From a bacterium (GTDB lineage: Bacteria > JAMCPX01): a DNA stretch of 23,363 nucleotides. The stretch's first letter is position 1. Each line of letters begins with the position of its first letter. Below, piece after piece: positions 1-7,195 of the stretch. Under the pieces are notes generated by a model, which had not been told where the DNA came from, made no database searches, and saw nothing but the letters and a program-made list of their open reading frames with translations. The DNA is taken from the NCBI GenBank assembly GCA_037439545.1, contig JBBIVV010000036.1:1-23363 (forward strand), written 5' to 3'. Both the position numbers and the translations under genes were made by a program.

Positions 1-254
1 TGCTCGATGAGCCCATTTCGCATCTCGACATCGGTCATCAGCTCGCGTTTATCCATACGCTCAAACAGCTTCACAAGAACGGCATAACCATAATCTCTGC
101 CATGCATGAGATTCCTCTCGCCCGGGAATTTTTTGAACGGTTATGTCTTATGGAAAACGGCAGGATCGTAACGGCTGCACCGTCGGATGATGCAGGCCTG
201 CTCGGGGACATAAAAACCGTGTTTGGCGTGAGTGATGAAAGGTTTATCAAATAA
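1..254 (+). CDS. ABC transporter ATP-binding protein, C-terminal part (FecE/BtuD/FhuC-like iron-siderophore/cobalamin type), 5' truncated by the window edge
   Basis: Frame from nt 3 reads LDEPISHLDIGHQ...ITIISAMHEIPLAREFFERLCLMENGRIV...KTVFGV, ending at TAA 252-254. It contains Walker B/D-loop (LDEP..HLD) and the H-loop. The 'HLDIGHQ' and 'VFGV' segments are typical of the iron/B12 importer subfamily. Not in the supplied ORF track. Confidence 0.85.
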   Translation, partial: LDEPISHLDIGHQLAFIHTLKQLHKNGITIISAMHEIPLAREFFERLCLMENGRIVTAAPSDDAGLLGDIKTVFGVSDERFIK

Positions 255-261
255 TATCAAA

Positions 262-1674
262 CTATGGGGCAGGACTGAGTTGTATCCAGTGTTTTTGAAC
301 ACTGCCCGTCGTTGTAAAATACAGCTCGCCAAGCGTTGTGTCCGTATTAAAGGTGCCGTCACTTTCTTGAACAGTGACACCGTTTGGATAAATGCGTGGA
401 GGTATATATATAATTGTCGGTGCTTTTATGCCGTTTTCAGTGAATTCCAATCTGAAATCTCCCGTGGTCGTACTGAAGCTTATCAATGTCGGAATACCCG
501 CTATTGCCATGGGGTAAGGTCGTACAACGGCATTTACGTAGGGTTTTTCACTCATGTCCGTATTGATAAGGCTCATGCCTTCGTTGTTCCATGTGTCCTT
601 CACGGCATAGTCCCAGATGGTTCCTCCCATGATATGCTTATCGAGCATGTCGTAGTAGCCCTGGACTAAACGTAGACCGCTGGACGAACTCGTCGGATAT
701 GCTCCGAATTCACCGAGTATGGCAGGTGTGCCGAGCTGAACTGCTTTTTGCTGAACAAGGGTCAAATCCTGATCTATACCGTCTATAGATGCAGTTATAT
801 CAGACGCACTGCCTGTTAAAACCCCGGGCACATAGTAATGCGGTGCATAAACAATGTCAGCTCTACTCAATCGCGGGAGATTGCTTTGCGGTATGCCTCC
901 GAAAAGCACATAAGGCTCGAAGAAGCACAGGGCACCGGGATCCTCTGTCCTAAGGGCATCGATGACCTTTTGATAAAACGGGGCAAGGTAGTTCTGCTCA
1001 AAGGTCGTTGCGGTGAAATTTCCGCTCCACGGTTCATTGAATATTTCATAACCGACGACCATAGTGTTGTTCTTGAATTCTTCGGCAATCAATTTGAATG
1101 CGTCGATAAAATGCGACTGGAGTGCGGGATCGGTCCAGAGCCGCGCAAATGACTGGCTGACGGGAGGTGAAGGGTAATTGAGGAACCAGTTCTGACCGCA
1201 GGAAGGGTAGGGAAGTGCAAGTTGAGAAAGATCGCCTGTTGCAGCCCATTGCGGCGCACCGTCTCCGCAGAATTCTCTCGTAAACAAGTCCTGGTGCATA
1301 TCGATAAAAACATAGATGCCTCGTGAGGTAAGCCAGTTTACGCGCTGTGCCATGTCATCGAGATACGCCGAATCATAAACGCCCTCTGTCGGTTCCATAC
1401 CTTCCCACACGGTCACATATCTTACAAAATTCATGCCCCAGCTTCTTATTTGTTCAGCGCTTGTTTCTGAAGTAAAAGGAACAAAAGGAGGTATCTTGCT
1501 GTCCCCGCCTGCATTTACTCCCCTCAGGATTACAACCCTTCCCTGCTGGTCCTTGATCCACTGTCCGTCTGTATGCAGTGCCTTGTAGCTGCTGCCTGTT
1601 TTGTTGGAACTGCAGCCGGAAAACATGAACGCCCCCAAAAGTAGAATCGGTATTATGACGGCTTTATTAAGCAT
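262..1674 (-). CDS. GH5 glycoside hydrolase, endoglycoceramidase-like, predicted lipoprotein
   Basis: Signal peptide with lipobox FSG-C21. Motifs LRGVN, DMHQD, GAPQW, NEP (acid/base Glu), APHYY and GEFG (nucleophile Glu), plus a C-terminal RPYP..IAG beta-sandwich domain as in EGCase-type GH5. Strong SD AGGAGG upstream. Confidence 0.85.
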   Translation of the reverse strand: MLNKAVIIPILLLGAFMFSGCSSNKTGSSYKALHTDGQWIKDQQGRVVILRGVNAGGDSKIPPFVPFTSETSAEQIRSWGMNFVRYVTVWEGMEPTEGVYDSAYLDDMAQRVNWLTSRGIYVFIDMHQDLFTREFCGDGAPQWAATGDLSQLALPYPSCGQNWFLNYPSPPVSQSFARLWTDPALQSHFIDAFKLIAEEFKNNTMVVGYEIFNEPWSGNFTATTFEQNYLAPFYQKVIDALRTEDPGALCFFEPYVLFGGIPQSNLPRLSRADIVYAPHYYVPGVLTGSASDITASIDGIDQDLTLVQQKAVQLGTPAILGEFGAYPTSSSSGLRLVQGYYDMLDKHIMGGTIWDYAVKDTWNNEGMSLINTDMSEKPYVNAVVRPYPMAIAGIPTLISFSTTTGDFRLEFTENGIKAPTIIYIPPRIYPNGVTVQESDGTFNTDTTLGELYFTTTGSVQKHWIQLSPAP

Positions 1675-1694
1675 TTTTCCTCCTTTTTCGGTTC

Positions 1695-2489
1695 TTACGC
1701 CTTTCCCTGACTCCCTACAATCTGAATGAATCTGTTTAAAAAACTTATTACCTTTGCAGCCGGACCAGGATATACCAGCAATTTTCTTTTTTGTATGCCC
1801 TTTATAGATTCTTTTATTACATCTTCTGCCTTATCGACTACCAGACTGATTACTTTCTTTGTAGGTTTGCTGCCATAGTCAACAGACCGGAGGAGAGGAG
1901 TTTCTGCCCAGAAAGGAAACAGGATGGTTACATCGACGCCATGGGAGTGCACCTCTCCATATAAGGATAACCCGAACCCCCGCATGCCGAACTTGGATGC
2001 AGAGTATGCTGTGCTCTGTTTTGTACCGACGATCCCTGCAACGGATGACATAATGACCACATGTCCTTCTTTTCTTTTCAACATGCCCGGAAGGAAGAGG
2101 TGGGTAAGCCTCATCGTCGAAAGCAGATTTATTTCCATAAGCCTCTGCCATGTAGTCATCGGTACTTCATGAAAATCCCCGTACGCAATAATGCCTGCAT
2201 TATTGATAAGCATATCGATGTCAGAGGTAAGTTCCCTGCAGTCCTTGTAAAGTGTTTCACACCCTTTTTCATTAGAAAGGTCTGCACTGATGGACCCGAT
2301 AATCTGAGCGCCTTTTTCCCACGGGTATGAAGCGTATGTAGTACTCATTTCTTCAAGCTTTGTCTTATTCTGGCCCGAGAGGATGAGATGTGCGCCCAAC
2401 TGTAACAATTGTTTTGTGAACTCCCGACCAAAGCCGCCTGTTGCTCCGGTGATAAGGATTCTCTTTCCTCTTAAATCCTTTATTGCCAT
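1695..2489 (-). CDS. Short-chain dehydrogenase/reductase (SDR)
   Basis: TGATGGFG Rossmann motif, NNAG, catalytic Ser (MSS) and YSASK (YxxxK). Confidence 0.93.
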   Translation of the reverse strand: MAIKDLRGKRILITGATGGFGREFTKQLLQLGAHLILSGQNKTKLEEMSTTYASYPWEKGAQIIGSISADLSNEKGCETLYKDCRELTSDIDMLINNAGIIAYGDFHEVPMTTWQRLMEINLLSTMRLTHLFLPGMLKRKEGHVVIMSSVAGIVGTKQSTAYSASKFGMRGFGLSLYGEVHSHGVDVTILFPFWAETPLLRSVDYGSKPTKKVISLVVDKAEDVIKESIKGIQKRKLLVYPGPAAKVISFLNRFIQIVGSQGKA

Positions 2490-2511
2490 TACCCCTCGAC
2501 CGGTTTTATTT

Positions 2512-3252
2512 TTACGTCCATTCTACCAGTGCATTGAAAACGACTGTCTTTTTATCTTTATGTACACCTTCTATATAGAAAGTCCGCAGAGGGTCAGTGC
2601 TCCCTGAAGTGTTAATGATAATCCCATCCCTGTGTTTTGTCTCATCAATATAGTTTACCTGAATGGATTTAATACTGTTTGAGATACTGAATGCCGGGTC
2701 AAAGCAGTCCGCTATCCAGTCTATGTACCGTGCGTTGTTTACATGATAGTTAACATCGAGGTCTCCGGTAAAAACAATCCTTTCATAGTTTGCTTCAACA
2801 TGATCAAACGGTTTTATCTTTTCCAATTCCTCATACAGTGCGTTTTTTCCTTCGTTTCCGGGCAGGGTTACAGGCAAGGATTCAATCTTCTGCGGTCTGT
2901 GTTTGTCTTTCTTAATCAAGAGCCACAATGAAGTAACGGAGATTATTTCATTGTCGTCCGTGTCTGCCACAACGAAGTCTCTCAATGCAAAGAACCGTTC
3001 TGTGCCCTTTGGCCATGTTTTAACGGTAATGGTTTCTCCCCATGAAGGCATCTTCTTAACGAGCACCTTGATTCTTGATAAGACCCAGAACATGCCGTAC
3101 TTCTCCAAATCGTGGTATCCTACTCCCAGATCATAAGAATGGTTTACCGCAGCCTCCTGCATATAACTGAAGAGTGCAGATAGTTTCAGTTTCCATGCAA
3201 TGTCTACATCGTAGGATCTAATAACAAAGGTTTCTTCCCACACGGGTTTCAT
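2512..3252 (-). CDS. Acyl-ACP thioesterase (FatA/FatB-like double hot-dog fold)
   Basis: N-terminal IRSYDVD..QEAA..H, WVLSR, TWPKG and the catalytic-region motif DLDVNYHVNNARY. SD GAGGA upstream. Confidence 0.9.
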   Translation of the reverse strand: MKPVWEETFVIRSYDVDIAWKLKLSALFSYMQEAAVNHSYDLGVGYHDLEKYGMFWVLSRIKVLVKKMPSWGETITVKTWPKGTERFFALRDFVVADTDDNEIISVTSLWLLIKKDKHRPQKIESLPVTLPGNEGKNALYEELEKIKPFDHVEANYERIVFTGDLDVNYHVNNARYIDWIADCFDPAFSISNSIKSIQVNYIDETKHRDGIIINTSGSTDPLRTFYIEGVHKDKKTVVFNALVEWT

Positions 3253-3281
3253 AAATCCTCTTTAAAGAAAAACACAGTGCT

Positions 3282-3310
3282 ATTAAAGGTGAATCAATAT
3301 GCAGAGTCAA
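3282..3310 (-). promoter_or_regulatory. Possible sigma70 promoter for thioesterase-SDR-GH5
   Basis: Minus strand TTGACT (3310-3305), 17 nt, TTTAAT (3287-3282). The -10 lacks the conserved second-position A. Confidence 0.4.
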
Positions 3311-3323
3311 TGATTTTAACAGA

Positions 3324-4133
3324 TCAAATGATAGGGCCTTTTTTTATGATAAGCTGAACATGGTGCTGGTCAAGTTCATGGGTTTCATAGGCGTATCCTT
3401 TCTCATCGAGCTTCGGATACAGGAACATGGGGACACGTTCATGATGCACCACGAGCCTCTTTGACGGATCAAGACGTGCCATGGTCTCGAGGATCATGGC
3501 CATGGGCTGGGGTGGTTCAAGCCCCCGCACATCGAGGTATACGGTGCTGCCGTCTTCTTTGAGCCTGTCATTAATGTCCGGCTTTTCCTGCCGGGCCTCT
3601 TTCGTCGTCGTCCTGTAAAACCATATTTTATAATGATTCTCACCGAGTATCTCCGTCTGGCTTTCAAAGCCCTTTTTTTTGAGCACATCATACAACGGAG
3701 CAGGTTCAAATATAGTTTCGAGGACGAACGCCTCGCCTTGTTTAATCTTTGCGACCGTCTGCATGATGACATTGAAAGGCTCTCCGCCGTTCTTCATTAT
3801 ATCGCGCACATCCAGATTGATTATCTTTGCATGCCTCTGCTCTATCAGCGCCCTGACGGGTATTTGAGTCTGTTTTTCTTCATGCCCGCTCTCGCGTAGA
3901 TCCTCGTCCTGCACAGTCTCTCCTATGGAGCTATTCAGCAGTTTTATGAGTTCCGTAAGGTTCACGCCTGCAACCTTTGCCGCGTGCCTGACGGTCGCAA
4001 GTTTTGCAAAGGTCTTTCTCATGAGAGGATTTTTTAAAAGCTCAAAGTGGCTGTTGTACGATGCAAGTATATCGATGAGCTCCGGATGGGGCTTAATGAT
4101 ATCTATTATCTTTGTCTGCGGCGTAATCTTCAT
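3324..4133 (-). CDS. DUF1858 + tandem DUF2249 (TusA-like fold) domain protein, 269 aa
   Basis: The likely start is ATG 4133 (MKITPQ), which overlaps the upstream stop (ATGA). The N-terminal 'TKIIDIIKPHPELIDIL...LKNPLMRKT...TVRHAAKVAGV' is DUF1858-like. Two repeats, LDVR..GGEPF..IM and LDVRGLEPPQPM..IL...P..LY, are DUF2249-like. Confidence 0.8.
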   Translation of the reverse strand: MKITPQTKIIDIIKPHPELIDILASYNSHFELLKNPLMRKTFAKLATVRHAAKVAGVNLTELIKLLNSSIGETVQDEDLRESGHEEKQTQIPVRALIEQRHAKIINLDVRDIMKNGGEPFNVIMQTVAKIKQGEAFVLETIFEPAPLYDVLKKKGFESQTEILGENHYKIWFYRTTTKEARQEKPDINDRLKEDGSTVYLDVRGLEPPQPMAMILETMARLDPSKRLVVHHERVPMFLYPKLDEKGYAYETHELDQHHVQLIIKKGPII

Positions 4134-4429
4134 CTGAACCCCATGCGCCTTTTGGTTTCCGGTGCTATTCTGTCGGGGGTCCACGGGGGATCCCAGACAA
4201 GTTCCACCCTGACTGACTTTACACCTTCGATCCTTTTGATCACGTTCTCCGCACCGCTCAGAATGCTTCCATGCAAGGGACACGCCCTTGCAGAAAGAGT
4301 CATCTTTACTGAAACCTCGTCATTTTCTACCTTCACATCATAAATCAGCCCCATCTCGACAATAGTAAGCCCGAGTTCGGGGTCCATGACAGCCTCCAGC
4401 GCTTTTAATACATTCTGTTGCGTAATCAT
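4130..4429 (-). CDS. DUF59/SufT-like metal-sulfur cluster maturation factor
   Basis: DPELGLTIVEMGLIY, MTLSARACP (DPE...T/S..CP motif) and LVWDPPW. SD AAGGAGG upstream. Confidence 0.9.
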   Translation of the reverse strand: MITQQNVLKALEAVMDPELGLTIVEMGLIYDVKVENDEVSVKMTLSARACPLHGSILSGAENVIKRIEGVKSVRVELVWDPPWTPDRIAPETKRRMGFR

Positions 4430-4438
4430 ATATCCTCC

Positions 4439-5698
4439 TTATCTTCTTAAAACGTTCGCTATATTCCATGCAAATGAAACAGAGCCCAAAAAAAGTAATA
4501 ATCCCGAGGCAAGAATGCCGCCGCCTGCATTCAGGAAAATACCCGCAATCAATAAGACTATTCCCGCATTAAATATAAATAGCTGGAACCACGTGAGCGG
4601 TGTACTTATCATGTCCTTAGTCATCGGCACCTTTTCGAGCCCTATCTTCGAACTGTACTTATTATACCAGTGTAGGAAGGGCACAATCTTGTGCATCATG
4701 CCTATGATATACATGCCGGCAAATCCGAATAATCCCAGGACAACATAGATCATCTCAAGACGGAATGAATGCCGGAAAGCGAGCAGCCCCACACCGAGGA
4801 TGCCTGCAAGAAACAAATATCCCGTTGCACAGATGGAAAACCACAGGGCAGGCTCAATCTGTCTGCGGGTCCTTTGTTTATAGATCACGCGCATCTGAAG
4901 TATGTAGCTGATGATACCGGTGAGCATGATACTGCCGCCTGCAAGACCAATCCAGTGTATGCCGGATATCTGCGGGACAAGCAGATGCAATAAAAAGTAC
5001 AGTGCAAGAAACAACAGACCGGCGACGAGCATGACCAGCGATGTCCAGCCGTATGATTCGTCATACCCGTGAGACAGGACAAACATGGGGATCAGCCGGA
5101 AAGAAAATCCAATAACGACGAAACTGATCCAGCCAATACCTGCAAAGGCTATATGCAGGAATAATAGTTCCAGAGGATTGTATGAAACTGCCCTGTGCAA
5201 TGCCACTGCTGCACACGAACCGGTCAGGATGGTGAGAAACAGGAATACCATCGCAGCCATAATATACCAGACGGCAAGATCAGGCCTGTGCATGCCTTTC
5301 ACCGTCATTGCGGTGTCAAAGAGGAACAAAAGAATGGCAATGCCGATAATGCCGGCACCGGGCTCTGCAGATGAATTGGTTGCAAATGCATAGATAAGCC
5401 ACACTACGCCTGCAAGATAAATATAGAAAACCGCTTTTGCAATGCCTTCACTGAACAGGGTTTTTTCAGTTACAACAGGCACGAGTTGTAACATCGCACC
5501 GATGATAGTCATGGTTATCCACCCCAGTGTCAACAAATGGGTCATAGGCAGGAGTACAGGAGAGCTATAGTAATGTATGGTGAATGCCTGTGCTTTAAAT
5601 ATGATACCCAAAGACAGAACAATGAGTATCCCCATGCCTGTAAACAGGTATCTGAACGGCACCGTAAGTTTTGGTGATTTATCTGTCGCTAACTGCAT
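4439..5698 (-). CDS. Polytopic (~12 TM) membrane protein, heme-copper oxidase subunit I / NnrS-like fold, uncharacterised; start at 5698 (leaderless) or 5704
   Basis: About 12 hydrophobic segments. Three repeats of (H/Y)..G(W/F)..G...(Q/R/K)xxP: THLLTLGW..GAMLQLVP, LHIAFAGIGW..GFSFRLIP and IYVVLGLFGF..GMMHKIVP. Confidence 0.75.
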   Translation of the reverse strand: MQLATDKSPKLTVPFRYLFTGMGILIVLSLGIIFKAQAFTIHYYSSPVLLPMTHLLTLGWITMTIIGAMLQLVPVVTEKTLFSEGIAKAVFYIYLAGVVWLIYAFATNSSAEPGAGIIGIAILLFLFDTAMTVKGMHRPDLAVWYIMAAMVFLFLTILTGSCAAVALHRAVSYNPLELLFLHIAFAGIGWISFVVIGFSFRLIPMFVLSHGYDESYGWTSLVMLVAGLLFLALYFLLHLLVPQISGIHWIGLAGGSIMLTGIISYILQMRVIYKQRTRRQIEPALWFSICATGYLFLAGILGVGLLAFRHSFRLEMIYVVLGLFGFAGMYIIGMMHKIVPFLHWYNKYSSKIGLEKVPMTKDMISTPLTWFQLFIFNAGIVLLIAGIFLNAGGGILASGLLLFLGSVSFAWNIANVLRR

Positions 5699-5722
5699 AC
5701 TCATAGTATAGGTATGCAGTTA
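5690..5722. repeat. Perfect 11-bp inverted repeat with 11-nt spacer, enclosing the -10 box and overlapping the start codon
   Basis: TAACTGCATAC (5690-5700), tcatagtatag, GTATGCAGTTA (5712-5722). Confidence 0.85.
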
Positions 5723-5748
5723 CAAAAAGTGTATGAGGAAGATCATAC
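5698..5748 (-). promoter_or_regulatory. Class II CRP/FNR-type promoter: palindrome GTATGA-N6-TCATAC centred at -41.5, -10 TATACT, predicted leaderless start
   Basis: Palindrome at 5731-5748. The minus-strand -10 TATACT at 5710-5705 puts +1 at 5698, the A of ATG. Box centre 5739.5 equals -41.5. No SD is present. Confidence 0.65.
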
Positions 5749-5815
5749 GTAAAGAACAGCTATCCCCTCTATACATTGCAAATATTTTGTAAATGGAATA
5801 ACCATTATAACCAGT

Positions 5816-6505
5816 ATGATAAATAAAACATACCGTACTTCTCTTGAAGCCCTTCAGGACGTAAAGGATGGGGACGTGATCATGTTCGGCGGGTTCGGGC
5901 TTGCCGGCATACCCCAGAACCTGATCCGTGCGCTGTACGAAAAGGGAACAAAGAACCTGACGGTCATCAGTAACAATCCAGGCTCAAGGCTTGGCGATGA
6001 CGAATACGGGCTTGCAGTTCTTTTTAAAGCCGGAAGGGTAAAAAAATATATAGGCTCATACCCGACTGCAACAAAATCTTTTAAAGAACTGTATGATAAA
6101 GGAGAGGTGGAGCTTGAGCTGGTTCCTCAGGGAACACTTGCAGAACGCATAAGGGCCGGAGGTGCAGGTATAGGAGCCTTCTATGTAAAAACGGGTGCAG
6201 GCACTCTGCTTGCTCAAGGCAAGGAAATCCGGATCATCGAAGGCGAACAGTACATATTGGAGTATCCGCTCGGAGCTGATTTTGCCTTTATAAAGTCATA
6301 TAAAGGCGACATATACGGTAATCTTGTGTACCGGTACACAGGCGCAAACTTTAATCCTCTTATGGCAATGGCCGCTGACATTACAATTGCAGAAACAGAG
6401 GAACTGGTCGATGCCGGCGTGCTGGATCCGGGCACAGTACACACCCCGGGCATATTTGTGGACAGGGTCGTAAAAGGGGAGAGATATGATCGCTGGTATG
6501 AGTGA
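5816..6505 (+). CDS. 3-oxoacid (acetoacetate/3-oxoadipate-type) CoA-transferase subunit A
   Basis: DGDVIMFGGFG..GIP, ELVPQGTLAERIRAGGAGI, GDIYGNL, NFNPLMA and VHTPGIFVD are family I CoA-transferase alpha-subunit motifs (ScoA/AtoD/PcaI family). Confidence 0.93.
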   Translation: MINKTYRTSLEALQDVKDGDVIMFGGFGLAGIPQNLIRALYEKGTKNLTVISNNPGSRLGDDEYGLAVLFKAGRVKKYIGSYPTATKSFKELYDKGEVELELVPQGTLAERIRAGGAGIGAFYVKTGAGTLLAQGKEIRIIEGEQYILEYPLGADFAFIKSYKGDIYGNLVYRYTGANFNPLMAMAADITIAETEELVDAGVLDPGTVHTPGIFVDRVVKGERYDRWYE

Positions 6506-7130
6506 AAAAGACATGGCACGGCGTGCGGCGCAGGAGATAGAAGAAGGGTTTTATGTGAACCTCGGCATTGGCATGCCTACACGTATCCTTGATTTTATAC
6601 CGGAGGACAAAACAGTATTCTTTCATACGGAGAACGGCTTACTCGGTATGGGAGGGTTTGCGAAAAAAGGCGAAACGCATCCGGACCTTGTCGATGCCGC
6701 AAAACAACCGATTACCTGCATCAAAGGTGCGAGCTTTTTTCCCAGCGATATTTCTTTCGCGATGATGAGAGGCGGACACATCGATCTTGCGATCATGGGA
6801 GCCTATCAGGTTTCAGAAAAAGGCGACCTCGCAAACTGGACTGCACCCGGCATGCTGCCGAGTATAGGCGGTGCAATGGACATAGTGGCAGGCGTTAAAA
6901 AAATAATCATTTTGATGACACACACAACAAAGGACGGCAAGCCAAAGATCGTAAGCACATTGACCTATCCTGTAACGGGATTTAAATGCGTATCCATGAT
7001 CATCACAAACCTCTGTGTACTCGATGTTACGGATAAAGGGCTGCTCCTGAAAGAGCTTGCCCCGGGTGTATCTCTTCAGGAAGTGGTCGGTACTACAGGG
7101 ACGAAGGTAATCGTCCCCGAAGGTTTCTGA
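6486..7130 (+). CDS. 3-oxoacid CoA-transferase subunit B
   Basis: VNLGIGMPT, catalytic (S/T)ENG (HTENGLLG), SFAMMRGGHID, GDLANW and GGAMD. Overlaps the end of subunit A. Alternative start at 6498. Confidence 0.93.
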   Translation: MIAGMSEKDMARRAAQEIEEGFYVNLGIGMPTRILDFIPEDKTVFFHTENGLLGMGGFAKKGETHPDLVDAAKQPITCIKGASFFPSDISFAMMRGGHIDLAIMGAYQVSEKGDLANWTAPGMLPSIGGAMDIVAGVKKIIILMTHTTKDGKPKIVSTLTYPVTGFKCVSMIITNLCVLDVTDKGLLLKELAPGVSLQEVVGTTGTKVIVPEGF

Positions 7131-7195
7131 CCTAAAAAGCAGCGGAGCCGGCAAACCTCCCGGGTTTTCCACATAGTACGGTTTCACGCTATTTT

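Noticed and set aside
4134..4283. 50-aa N-terminal extension of the 319-aa ORF (3324..4283)
   Set aside because: It overlaps the sufT-like gene in another frame. The ATGA coupling at 4130-4133 and the domain start at MKITPQ give a better start.
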